Source: Candidatus Oleincola secundus
Lineage (GTDB): Bacteria > Atribacterota > Phoenicimicrobiia > Phoenicimicrobiales > Stramentimicrobiaceae
NCBI GenBank assembly: GCA_018400815.1
Contig: JAGYLS010000010.1
Location: 1 to 40,107 of the forward strand
Length of the DNA stretch: 40,107 nt
Direction of reading: 5' to 3'
This document shows, piece by piece, positions 17,404 through 27,270 of the stretch. Each line of letters opens with the position of its first letter. The first letter of the stretch is position 1. A model generated the notes under the pieces. That model searched no databases and was not told the DNA's origin. It worked only from the letters and a program-made list of their open reading frames with translations. The position numbers were made by a program, and so were the translations under genes.

Positions 17404-18534
17404 TTATTGTATAATCTCTTCTACTTGCATCCTTACTTTAAAAGGTCCGGTAGTCCAGGTATCATTTAAAGAGATGATTTTTATCTGCATTCCGGTTTCG
17501 CATTGCACGATATCACGGACCATTTCAAAAAGATTGACAGCAGAAATTGTACCAACCAAACTGGTCCTGGGTTCAGGTATAATACCCTCCTGAACAGCCT
17601 TGAGGTTGACTTTACGTAATATAGAAAAGAGCGTATCTTCAACTTCTGCGGGATCATTAATAACTGGAATTTTTTCAACGAGGACTACTTCGTTTTGTTC
17701 AAAGACTAACTTGTTTTCCAGAGTAGAAAAATCGGCAAGCACCACTTCTCCTTTTATAACATTCATGGATGCCAATAATCGTACAACCAATTCTAATTCA
17801 CTCTGTTTAATTTTTTGAACTAAATCATCATATTCTTTCCTGGAAATGATTAGAACCTGTCCACTTTCCTCATCCTGTTCAGCTCCCATTTCTAAAACTT
17901 TTCTGGTAGCCTGATTGAGAAGATTCATTAGTTCCTGTTCTATTTCCTCTTCATTAATTCCACCTTTTATAATAGTCATTGCAATTTCTTCACCCTGATC
18001 CAGAATAATATCTCCACTTCTTAACCAGCTAATGCCAGAATATAATCCCCTGACTGTTTCCTGAAGTTCACTGATTTCTTCCTGCAAGCTATCCCTTTCT
18101 TCTGTTAATCTTTCTCTTATTTCCAAGAGAGATTCCAATTGATTGGTTTGTAACTCAATCTGGGTATTTAGCTGCTGGAATTCTTCTTCTAATTTTTCTA
18201 ATTCCTCTGTTTTGGCTATTAATTCTTCCTGGGTTTCTGATAACTGTTTGTTGCGCTGTTGAATTTCTCTGGTTAGTTCATATTGTCTCTCTCTTAATTC
18301 ATCCAGCCCGAACAATGCAGTCCTAACATCATAAGATAGAATTGAGAGAATTGAAATAGTAATAATGGAAATAACTATCCCAGTAATAATTGTAACAAAA
18401 ACAGCAGTACGATGGGGACGCAAACCGAAAATGCTGATTTTCTTTTTTCCGATGCGAAAACCTGTCAAGTCTCCAATATATGCTATAATTCCACTAACAA
18501 GGATTAATGTAACAATTAAGATAATACTATACAT
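17404..18534 (-). CDS. DUF3084-domain membrane/coiled-coil protein
   Basis: 'SGIIAYIGDLTGFRIGKKKISIFGLRPHRTAVFVTIITG' signature followed by a long coiled coil; this family is usually found beside lptB and SLH porins. Confidence 0.9.
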   Translation of the reverse strand: MYSIILIVTLILVSGIIAYIGDLTGFRIGKKKISIFGLRPHRTAVFVTIITGIVISIITISILSILSYDVRTALFGLDELRERQYELTREIQQRNKQLSETQEELIAKTEELEKLEEEFQQLNTQIELQTNQLESLLEIRERLTEERDSLQEEISELQETVRGLYSGISWLRSGDIILDQGEEIAMTIIKGGINEEEIEQELMNLLNQATRKVLEMGAEQDEESGQVLIISRKEYDDLVQKIKQSELELVVRLLASMNVIKGEVVLADFSTLENKLVFEQNEVVLVEKIPVINDPAEVEDTLFSILRKVNLKAVQEGIIPEPRTSLVGTISAVNLFEMVRDIVQCETGMQIKIISLNDTWTTGPFKVRMQVEEIIQ

Positions 18535-18540
18535 AATATT

Positions 18541-18852
18541 GTCAGGGGAATATTCCCCTGAAACCCCTTTTTAAATTAGTATCTAGTATATAGTATCGAG
18601 TATCGAGTCCAAGAGAAGAAAAACCAGAAAAACATAATAAAATGATTTTCTTATTTTGTTCTTAACGAACGACTAAATAAGTATCGAGTCGTGAGTATCG
18701 AGTATCGAGTCCCAATACAATACAAATACAAAAAACTAATCCATAATTACTAAACTAATTCAGTAATAATAGTTAAGATTTAAGAATAAGATAAATTACC
18801 TCACGGTAATTTAGTCAGGGAGACATTCCCCTGAAACCCTTTTTAAATTAGT
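18541..18852. repeat. ~40-bp direct repeat pair (18541-18580, 18814-18852) flanking heptamer runs
   Basis: GTCAGGGGAATATTCCCCTGAAACCCCTTTTTAAATTAGT versus GTCAGGGAGACATTCCCCTGAAACCCTTTTTAAATTAGT; AGTATCG runs at ~18578-18610 and ~18680-18711. Confidence 0.8.
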
Positions 18853-18904
18853 TTTTAGTTTTTTTGTTTATAGTTTTTAGTTAAATATTCCCGGGTATAC
18901 TTGG

Positions 18905-19195
18905 ATGAGATTGCTTCGTCACTTCGTTCCTCGCAATGACAGAAAAACAGTTCCTCGCAATGACAAAAAATTTCCTTGCAATGACAGAAAATAAGTTACT
19001 CCCGATGACAATCTAGCCCTTGGTCGCGATGACAAGCCAGTCGTTGGTCATCAGTATTTTGTATGTGATAATAAGTGTATTTTTGAAATAATATTTTCAG
19101 CTTTAGATTATACAATATACGTTATAATACTTTCTTTGTCATTGCGAGCCTTGCCTTAACTTTAGTTAAGTGGCAGGCGTGGCAATCTCATTCAT
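18905..19195. repeat. CGTC-type REP-like inverted pair with a tandem array of half-sites
   Basis: GAGATTGCTTCG...CTCGCAATGACA at 18905, ATGACA-ending units at 18936/18960/18981/19005/19029, inverted full copy at 19135-19195. Confidence 0.8.
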
Positions 19196-19247
19196 GTATT
19201 CTTTTTTTCTTTTGCAAAAAACTAATAACTGAAAACTATTAACTTCT

Positions 19248-19970
19248 TTATAGAGTAAAGCGTTCTCCTAAATAATACTTCCGGCTTATTTCTGAATTAG
19301 CTACCTCTGAAGGGTGTCCGGAGGCTAATATTTTACCATCATGCATAATATATGTTCTGTCGGTAATTTTCATGGTTTCCCGGACATTATGATCGGTAAC
19401 CAATATACCAAGACCCCTTTCTTTAAGGTATCCAATAATTTCCTGGATATCATAGACAGCAATGGGGTCTACTCCGGTAAAAGGTTCATCCAGAAGAATA
19501 AAAGAGGGCGAACTGGCCAAAGTGCGAGCTATTTCTACCCTTCTTCTCTCCCCGCCAGAAAGCATATATCCCTTATATTCTGATAGATGGCTAATTTCTA
19601 ATTCCTGCAGCATTTTCCGACATCTTTTTTCTCGCTCTTCAGGTTCCACCCCCAAGGCCTCCAAAATCAATAAAATATTTTCCCTTACAGATAATTTTCG
19701 AAATATTGAAGGCTCTTGAGCCAGATATCCCAAACCCATTCTTGATCTCTTGTACATGGGAGCATGGGTAATATCTTGTCCTTTAAATAAAACATGCCCT
19801 TTATCCGGACGTATCAAACCAACAATCATATAAAAAGTAGTTGTCTTACCTGCTCCATTAGAACCAAGCAAACCCACTACCTCTCCTTTGTTTATTTCCA
19901 GATTAACCTCATCAACGACTTTTCGTTTGTTATAAATCTTAACTAGCTGATCAGTCCAGATTTTATCCAA
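19248..19970 (-). CDS. lptB: Lpt ABC transporter ATP-binding protein
   Basis: 'GLLGSNGAGKTTTFYMIVG', 'LSGGERRRVEIAR', 'LLDEPFTGVDP', 'TDHNVRE', 'YYLGERF'. Confidence 0.96.
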   Translation of the reverse strand: MDKIWTDQLVKIYNKRKVVDEVNLEINKGEVVGLLGSNGAGKTTTFYMIVGLIRPDKGHVLFKGQDITHAPMYKRSRMGLGYLAQEPSIFRKLSVRENILLILEALGVEPEEREKRCRKMLQELEISHLSEYKGYMLSGGERRRVEIARTLASSPSFILLDEPFTGVDPIAVYDIQEIIGYLKERGLGILVTDHNVRETMKITDRTYIMHDGKILASGHPSEVANSEISRKYYLGERFTL

Positions 19971-19992
19971 ATAATTCTCTCCAATACATTTT

Positions 19993-20025
19993 TAGGAGCT
20001 CAGAGGTAATTTATCTGAACTCCTA
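19993..20025 (-). other. 12-bp RNA stem-loop between skp and lptB
   Basis: UAGGAGUUCAGA/UCUGAGCUCCUA (one G-U pair) with no U tail on the coding strand; more likely an mRNA stabiliser than a terminator. Confidence 0.5.
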
Positions 20026-20052
20026 TCTTGAATCTGAATTAGACAATATAAA

Positions 20053-20580
20053 CTAAGGAGCTGTAATCTTCTCTATCTCGGCAATCACATCCTGGGTAAT
20101 ATTATCTCCACCATAGAGAATAATAGGATATTCAGTCATATCATTTCCTGTAAAGACAGGAACTTCACTATTAATAATAACTTCATAATTGCCTTTTTCA
20201 CCTACAGCTTTTATAGCCTGTACAATATCGGAATTTCTTTCTGCCTGCAAAGCTTGTAATTGGGCTAACATTGTTTGTTTTACCGGTTCCCATTCCTCAT
20301 TAAATTTCTCTTCCAATTTCATTAATTCTGTTTCCTCAAGGCCTTTGCCTTCCTGATTAAGGTTTTCCTGTCTCTGTTGTAATTCAGTCCTTAATTCCTG
20401 ACTTAATTGATTAATTTTTTCGGTATTGGAATGACTGGCAGTTACTTTAGCTAAATTAACCAGTCCAATGCTTTGAGCAATGGCACTATTAGTAAATAGG
20501 AAACTTAAAAAAACAATAGCAGCTACAATAGTTACAATTTTGCATAATTTTTTTGTTCTTCTACTTAAGTTAAAATTCAT
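20053..20580 (-). CDS. skp: OmpH/Skp-family periplasmic chaperone
   Basis: Signal peptide; 'SIGLVNLAKV', coiled coil, 'AIKAVGEKGNYEVII', 'YGGDNITQDVI'; directly follows bamA. Confidence 0.85.
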   Translation of the reverse strand: MNFNLSRRTKKLCKIVTIVAAIVFLSFLFTNSAIAQSIGLVNLAKVTASHSNTEKINQLSQELRTELQQRQENLNQEGKGLEETELMKLEEKFNEEWEPVKQTMLAQLQALQAERNSDIVQAIKAVGEKGNYEVIINSEVPVFTGNDMTEYPIILYGGDNITQDVIAEIEKITAP

Positions 20581-20712
20581 ATATTCCTCCTTAGAATTTA
20601 TATCTACAATTATTTATAGTTAATTGTTGTTTTTTTTTAGCAATTTACAGCACTTGCTACAAGTTTTTAGAGCAAGTTATCAATTTCTATTTTCAACTTA
20701 TTAAATATATGA

Positions 20713-22461
20713 TTAGAAGCTCTGCCCGATGCTGAAATATGTTTGTCCAACCTGGTCTTCTCCAATGCCATAATCAATGCTGATTGGTCCTATGGCCGTA
20801 TCAAATCTAATCCCAACCCCTGTACCAAATTTTAAATCAGCAATTGATATTGACTCGCCAAAACCCCAGGCATTTCCCCAATCAGCAAAAACCACACCCT
20901 GCAAATTATCTGCTAATGGAAAACGATATTCAACATTAAAGATTAAATTAGAATCACCAGCAAATTCTTTATAATCATAACCCCTGACAGTACCTAATCC
21001 ACCAATCTCATACTTAGCAAATGAAGGCAATTCACGGTCTCCAAAACCACCTACTGCTCTCATTGCCAAGACACCATCATTGATAGTGCTAGTTATCCTG
21101 GTATCATCTCTTTCATCATCATCATCAAAAATATCAGTAGATAAATAGGTCCTTAGATCCAGGTCATATTTTCGGTAAGTATAGTCTCCACCTAAAAATC
21201 CTCCTGCATTTTGGATTGATGCATTAGCGTACCAACCTTCGGTTGGGTTAAAACGGTCATCACGGGAATCATAAATTAAGATAGGCCTAAAACTATTCGT
21301 TAAACCCTCTTGAATATTTGCAGGCAACTGGCCTGAAATTGATTCATAACTTGCTTCCTCTGTTTTTAATTCCAAACCTACTTTGAGGTTGTCTTTAAAA
21401 TTCCGGCCAAAAGATAATTTTCCTCCCAAACGCTCTATTTCATATTCCGAATCAACTCCATTTATTATCTCATTTTTTTGTATATATATATCGTATGCTT
21501 CAATTCCCAAGAATGTAGGTGTGTTAGCCAGCCATGGTTCATAAAAAGAAATGCTATAAGTTGTTCTGGTACCAACTTCTAGCTTGGCCTCAATACTTTG
21601 ACCTCGGCCAAAAAGATTGGCTTCCTTGATACTGGCATAAGCAAAAAGACCTTCACCGGAACTATATCCTCCTCCACCACCAAGAACACCAGTACTTTTC
21701 TCAATCACTTCAATAATCAGCACAATCAAGGCATCCTCGCTTCCGGGCTCTAGTTTCATTGAAACATCTTCGAAAAATCCCAAATTATATATTTCCTGAA
21801 GGGTCTTTTTGACTCTATCAAAATCAAACAATTCTCCCGGTTCGATTTCTATTTCCCTTCTAATAACATTATCTACAGTTTTTTCATTACCGGAAATTTT
21901 TATTTCTTCAATTCTTCCTTCGACAAGCCGAACCAGCAAAACACCAGTCTCTTGATTAAAATTAACTTCTTCCATCTGAGCCAGGATTAAACCCTTGTCT
22001 TTATATAATTGGGAAATCCTATCCAGGTCATTTTGCAATATTTTTTGAGAAAATATTTGCCCTTTCTTTAATACCATAACTTCTTTTATTTCCTGTTGTT
22101 CTAATATGGTGCTTCCCTCAATAACTATTTCCTCAATAACGGTATTCTCTTCAACTTCAAAGACCACTCGGTAACCGTCTCGAAAAGGTTCCAATTTAAC
22201 TTGCACATCTTGAAAATAACCTAACTCGAAAATTGCTGCCATATCTGCTTGTACACTATCTTTAGAGAATAAATCACCAATATTGGAAGATATCTGAGAT
22301 ACAATCAATGCTGTTTCAATATTTTCATTTCCCCGTACCACGATTGCTGTAATCCTACCGTTGTTTTGGGCTAAACTGGAACTTGAACATATAAAAAGCA
22401 ATAATATTAATTGTACTATCATAAATAATAGAAATTTTTTTCTCATTTTAATATTTTTCAA
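20713..22461 (-). CDS. bamA: BamA/Omp85 with three POTRA domains
   Basis: Three POTRA starts (ITAIVVRGN, IEEIVIEGS, IEEIKISGN), 'NLFGRGQ', 'VRGYDY', C-terminal 'YFSIGQSF'. Confidence 0.95.
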   Translation of the reverse strand: MKNIKMRKKFLLFMIVQLILLLFICSSSSLAQNNGRITAIVVRGNENIETALIVSQISSNIGDLFSKDSVQADMAAIFELGYFQDVQVKLEPFRDGYRVVFEVEENTVIEEIVIEGSTILEQQEIKEVMVLKKGQIFSQKILQNDLDRISQLYKDKGLILAQMEEVNFNQETGVLLVRLVEGRIEEIKISGNEKTVDNVIRREIEIEPGELFDFDRVKKTLQEIYNLGFFEDVSMKLEPGSEDALIVLIIEVIEKSTGVLGGGGGYSSGEGLFAYASIKEANLFGRGQSIEAKLEVGTRTTYSISFYEPWLANTPTFLGIEAYDIYIQKNEIINGVDSEYEIERLGGKLSFGRNFKDNLKVGLELKTEEASYESISGQLPANIQEGLTNSFRPILIYDSRDDRFNPTEGWYANASIQNAGGFLGGDYTYRKYDLDLRTYLSTDIFDDDDERDDTRITSTINDGVLAMRAVGGFGDRELPSFAKYEIGGLGTVRGYDYKEFAGDSNLIFNVEYRFPLADNLQGVVFADWGNAWGFGESISIADLKFGTGVGIRFDTAIGPISIDYGIGEDQVGQTYFSIGQSF

Positions 22462-22736
22462 CTTATTTTTCCTCCTGAATATTGGTTCTCATTTTTTTAT
22501 TTATAATATGTTTCCAAATAACATAAATATTTCATATATTAACGGTGTATAAATATAGCTAATACTTCTAAAATAAAAACAACTCTTATATTATATCATC
22601 TTAATATCTAAAGCAAATCTATGCAAGCTCAACTATAAAAAAAATAATCCGCAATGATAGGATTCTTTCAATGCTAATCTATCATTCTAGACTATATTAT
22701 TTAATTTTTATTTTCTCTTCTTTACAGTCATTTCAT

Positions 22737-25700
22737 TTAAAATTGTATGTGCAATTTTTTTGCCAGGTCATCCAAATAGGTATAAAAAATCGGTATAATA
22801 ATCAAGGTTAAAAAGGTAGATGATGTAAGCCCACCAATAATAGTGATAGCCATAGGGGCTCTCATTTCGGCGCCTTCTCCTGTTCCCAAAGCCATCGGAA
22901 TCATAGCCAATATAGTAGTAAGCGTAGTCATTAAAATTGGTCTCAGGCGGGTTTTCCCTCCCTGGATAACAGCCTCATTGCGGCTTAACCCCTTCTTACG
23001 TAACTGATTAATATAATCAATTAACACAATAGCATTATTAACTACAATTCCTGCCAGCATAATCAATCCAATAAAGGAAAGTACATTAAGGCTTGTTCCT
23101 GTCAGCATCAAAGCAATAATTACTCCAATCAGGGCAAAAGGAACAGAAAATATAACTGCAAATGGAAATAAAAGTGATTCAAACTGGGCAGCGATAATCA
23201 TATAAACCAACAATATTGATAACAGCAAAGCAAAGAAAAGATTTGAAAATGATTCAATCATCTCCTGATTTTCACCAGCAAAGGTATAGTAATACCCATC
23301 AGGTAATACTAATGAATCTAATCGTTCCTGGGCATCCTGAATTACATTACCAAGGAAACGTCCGCTAACATTGCCGGATACGGTGACCTGTCTTTGTTGA
23401 TTTTCCCGATTAATACCCTGAGGACCGGTACCGATTCTTACTTCAGCAATTTCTTTTAAAGGGATTTGTAAACCATAACTTGAACTAATAATCATATTTT
23501 CTATTTCCTGCAGTTCATCGCGGTCATTCTTATCTAATTTTACGGTAATATCAAATTGATCTCCTTCTTCCTGGTAAAAACTGGCTACTTTCCCTAAAAG
23601 AGCATCTTGCACAGTAGAGGCAATCTGGCCTGTACTTAAGCCGTATAAATTGGCTTTCTCCCGGTCAATGTCAACATGCAGTTCCGGACGTACTTCTTCC
23701 AGGCTACTTTCTAAATCGTAAGCACCTTCAACTTCTGATAATATTTCAATAATAGTATTAGCTATATAATCCAGTTCTTCGATAGAATCCCCACTAATAT
23801 TAATAGTAAGGGGAGATCCTGAAGAAAATGCAAAACCTTGCTCGCTAAAACGAATTTGGGTATCCGGATATTGACCTATTTTATCACGCAAATCAGCAAT
23901 AATATCCTTGCTCTCTCTTTCTCTATTACTCAATTCAACCAGATTTACCATGATTGTCCCACTATTACTGCCAGACATCCCCATCCCCATTCCCATATTA
24001 CTGCTGCCGATCGAAGTAAAGACATCTTCAATTTCCGGCATTTCATTTACAGTAGACTCAATATCTTTTATAATGTCTCTTGTTACCTCAAAATTAGTAC
24101 CAACGGGCAATGAAATATTAATATTAAAATTTCCCTGATCCATTGAGGGCATAAACTCGGTTCCAAGTATTGGTAATAAGAAAAACGAGGCCGCTAAAAC
24201 TACAATTGCCATAATAACTACCATTCCACGATGCTTTAATGCCCAATCAATTAGATAACTGTATTCATTAATAAACAAATCAAAGAAATGACCTTTTTTA
24301 GTTTTCCCGGTACCGGTAGAAGGATATATGGCGCTTTTTTCTTTGCCTTCTATAGTCGGCAATTCTTTTCCAACAGCAGAAGATGATTTAACAACTTTCC
24401 GTTTTTGCCTGGAAGAAAGCATAGGTATTAATGTCAGCGCTACAAATAAGGACATCAGCAAGGAAAAAGTAATAGTCAAGCCCATCGTCTTAAACAGTTC
24501 CCCGGCCATACCGGATACATATACCACAGGAAGAAAAACCGCAATAGTTGTTAGCGTGGAAGCTGTGATTGCTTCTCTGACTTCATTAGCCCCCTGGTCA
24601 GCTGCCAAGGAAGCTTCTTCTCCTGCCTCACGATAACGAAATATATTTTCCAAAACAACAATAGCATTATCAACTAACATTCCTATACCCAATGCCAGTC
24701 CACCTAAGGTCATCATATTTAAAGTTAAATCCGCAAAATAAAGTAAAGTGAAAGTAGCAATAATGGAAATAGGAATAGTTAATCCTATTATTAATGTGCT
24801 TTTAATATTTTGCAAAAACACATATAAAACCAACATAGCGAGAATAGCCCCGATAAGCAACATGTTTGTTACTTCAGCAATAGTCTTCTTAATGAATTCT
24901 GAAGAATCAAAAGCAACTGCCATTCTACTATCACCTGGAAGGAAATCATTAATTTCTTTTAAGGCATTATTAACACGGTTTGCTACAATTACCGTGTTTG
25001 TACCAGATTCTTTTTGTAAGTTAAATGAAATACTAGGCATGCCATTGATATATGCTACCTCATCCTGTTCTTTAAAAGTATCTGTTATCCTGGCAATCTC
25101 TTTCAGATAAATTTGATTTCCCTGTCTATTTGACAAGACCACGTTCTGAATATCTTCTATATTTTTGAAACGACCCAGTGTTCTGATTAAAAAATCAACA
25201 TTCCCTTCTCTAAGTGTTCCTGCCGGTAAGTTTATATTCTCACTCCTCAAAGACATAACAATCTGGTCAAGTGTCAACTGGTTTGCTCTAAGTTTTTCAT
25301 TATCTACAGAAACCAATATTTCCCTTTCTAATCCACCGCTCACCGTAGCCCTGGCTATCCCTTCCAGCCTTTCTAATCGGGGTTTAACTATATCCTGGGC
25401 AAACTTTTGGAGTTCATGAAGCTCATACTGCTCTGAGCTCATCCCCAATACCATGACAGGCATCATTGAAGGATCAAATTTAAAGACCGTAGGGTCACTG
25501 GCACCGTCAGGTAGCACACCTTTTACCTGATCAATCTTTTCTCTTATTTCCAGGTTAGCTATATCCATATTAGTACCCCATTGGAAAGATAAAAGTACCG
25601 TGGAACTACCCTCTTGAGAAAAAGAATTGAGAGTGTCAATTCGATGAATCGTACTTACTGCTTCTTCTAATGGAATAGTAATAAGTGTCTCTATTTCTTC

Positions 25701-25868
25701 CGGAGCAACTCCCGGATAAGATACCATAACTGCGGAAATGGGAAAAGACATATCTGGCAGTAAATCAAGCCCTAACCCCTGATAGGAAACAATGCCAATA
25801 ACAATCAAAGCAATAAAAAGCATTAAAACTGTTACCGGCCGATTGACTGAAAATTTGGGCAGGTTCAT
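22737..25868 (-). CDS. RND efflux transporter permease (AcrB/SwrC-like)
   Basis: 'FSVNRPVT', 'GMLVDNAIVVLENI', 'RLRPILMTTLTT'; 1043 aa. Confidence 0.95.
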   Translation of the reverse strand: MNLPKFSVNRPVTVLMLFIALIVIGIVSYQGLGLDLLPDMSFPISAVMVSYPGVAPEEIETLITIPLEEAVSTIHRIDTLNSFSQEGSSTVLLSFQWGTNMDIANLEIREKIDQVKGVLPDGASDPTVFKFDPSMMPVMVLGMSSEQYELHELQKFAQDIVKPRLERLEGIARATVSGGLEREILVSVDNEKLRANQLTLDQIVMSLRSENINLPAGTLREGNVDFLIRTLGRFKNIEDIQNVVLSNRQGNQIYLKEIARITDTFKEQDEVAYINGMPSISFNLQKESGTNTVIVANRVNNALKEINDFLPGDSRMAVAFDSSEFIKKTIAEVTNMLLIGAILAMLVLYVFLQNIKSTLIIGLTIPISIIATFTLLYFADLTLNMMTLGGLALGIGMLVDNAIVVLENIFRYREAGEEASLAADQGANEVREAITASTLTTIAVFLPVVYVSGMAGELFKTMGLTITFSLLMSLFVALTLIPMLSSRQKRKVVKSSSAVGKELPTIEGKEKSAIYPSTGTGKTKKGHFFDLFINEYSYLIDWALKHRGMVVIMAIVVLAASFFLLPILGTEFMPSMDQGNFNINISLPVGTNFEVTRDIIKDIESTVNEMPEIEDVFTSIGSSNMGMGMGMSGSNSGTIMVNLVELSNRERESKDIIADLRDKIGQYPDTQIRFSEQGFAFSSGSPLTINISGDSIEELDYIANTIIEILSEVEGAYDLESSLEEVRPELHVDIDREKANLYGLSTGQIASTVQDALLGKVASFYQEEGDQFDITVKLDKNDRDELQEIENMIISSSYGLQIPLKEIAEVRIGTGPQGINRENQQRQVTVSGNVSGRFLGNVIQDAQERLDSLVLPDGYYYTFAGENQEMIESFSNLFFALLLSILLVYMIIAAQFESLLFPFAVIFSVPFALIGVIIALMLTGTSLNVLSFIGLIMLAGIVVNNAIVLIDYINQLRKKGLSRNEAVIQGGKTRLRPILMTTLTTILAMIPMALGTGEGAEMRAPMAITIIGGLTSSTFLTLIIIPIFYTYLDDLAKKLHIQF

Positions 25869-27157
25869 TCTATAACCTCCCTATTGGTTACTCTGACTTG
25901 ATCTCCTTCTTGCAAATTAATATTACCCAATATTACAACAACTTCATTTTCCTGCAGCCCTTCTACCACTTCCACTTGATTATCCTGTATCATACCGGCA
26001 ACTATGGCTCTTTTTTCTACCCTATTCCTATCATCATTCAAGACATAAACATATAATCCTTCAGTTTTTCTGGTTAAAGCAGTTGAGGGTATAATTAGTG
26101 CATCAGGTTTATTTTCAATCATGATATCCGCTCTGGCAAATACACCGGGAGGAATCTCAACATGAGGTTCAATGATTTTAATTTTAATTTCCATTGATTT
26201 GCTGGTAGGGTCAACCATTACACCTCTGCTTGATACTTCTCCATAAAACTTTTCTTGAGGGAAAGCATCAATAAGAATTTCAGCTTCCTGCCCAATCTGG
26301 ATAGAAGCAATATCCTTTTCTGATATTCCGGCTTTAATATATAATTCACTTACGTCCAGAATCGATAATAGTGGCACAGCAGATGAAACCAATTCTCCTG
26401 TTTTAACTGAAACCGCGGTTACTTTTCCATTGATAGGAGCTTTAACAATCGAATTATTTAACTGGGATTGAGCTATTTCCAGCGCAGATTGGGCTTGTCT
26501 TACTTGTGCTTCAACTACTCTAATATCCGGTTGAGAAGCGCCTTCCATCACCAGCTTGTAACTCTCATTAGCGGACTGGTACTGTGCCTGGGCAATTTTA
26601 TATTGTCCTTTAGCCTGATCATATTGTTGTTCTGAGACTGCACCCTCTGAAAATAATTTTTCCATGCGCAGGTAATTTTCCTCTGCACTACCCAGGTTTA
26701 TCTTTGCCTGGCGCATTGCTGCCTCTGCCTGGCTTATTTCCTGTGGTCTTGCACCGGCTTGGACTTTTTCCAAAGATGCCTGGGCAGAATCAAGTGTTGC
26801 TTTCGCCTGTGCTACCTGTAATCGAATCTGTTCATCATCCATCCGCACCAAAATGTCGCCTTTTTTTACATCATCGCCTTCCTGAACCAATAACTCTTTT
26901 GCTTGTCCAACAGTTTTAGCATACACCCTAACTATTTCATTAGGTTCAACCAGACCTGAAACAGTCAAAAATGACCTAATATCCCCTCGCTGCACCTTAG
27001 CCACCTGTACGGGAATTACTCTCTCCTGCTGAACCTGATCTGTGGTATTGTCCTCTTGTTGTTTTTCTTGATATATACGACTAGCCACTCGAAAAGTAAG
27101 TAAACCTATAATTATTATCAGTATTAAATAAAAAATTCTGCGCCTGGTAACTCTCAT
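25865..27157 (-). CDS. RND periplasmic adaptor (membrane fusion protein) with extended coiled coil
   Basis: Lipoyl half-motifs 'VQEGDDVKKGDIL' and 'VKAPINGKV'; 4-nt overlap with the RND gene. Confidence 0.93.
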   Translation of the reverse strand: MRVTRRRIFYLILIIIIGLLTFRVASRIYQEKQQEDNTTDQVQQERVIPVQVAKVQRGDIRSFLTVSGLVEPNEIVRVYAKTVGQAKELLVQEGDDVKKGDILVRMDDEQIRLQVAQAKATLDSAQASLEKVQAGARPQEISQAEAAMRQAKINLGSAEENYLRMEKLFSEGAVSEQQYDQAKGQYKIAQAQYQSANESYKLVMEGASQPDIRVVEAQVRQAQSALEIAQSQLNNSIVKAPINGKVTAVSVKTGELVSSAVPLLSILDVSELYIKAGISEKDIASIQIGQEAEILIDAFPQEKFYGEVSSRGVMVDPTSKSMEIKIKIIEPHVEIPPGVFARADIMIENKPDALIIPSTALTRKTEGLYVYVLNDDRNRVEKRAIVAGMIQDNQVEVVEGLQENEVVVILGNINLQEGDQVRVTNREVIE

Positions 27158-27270
27158 CTAACTATTTCCTCTCCAAAGACATAAATTTACTAAAATAAGT
27201 TAAAATCTCAATTCTGATAAATTGGAACGATTATGATTATATCCTTAATTAACTATTATCTATTATCTAC

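Noticed and set aside
17194..17469. 91-aa plus-strand ORF
   Set aside because: It is a translation of repeat DNA (PPHPNPLPPRGEGR from the BoxC-like hairpin) and overlaps DUF3084 antisense.
18905..19050. Possible CRISPR array
   Set aside because: Repeat ~12 bp and period 21-24 bp are too short, units are degenerate and no cas genes are present; better explained as REP half-sites.
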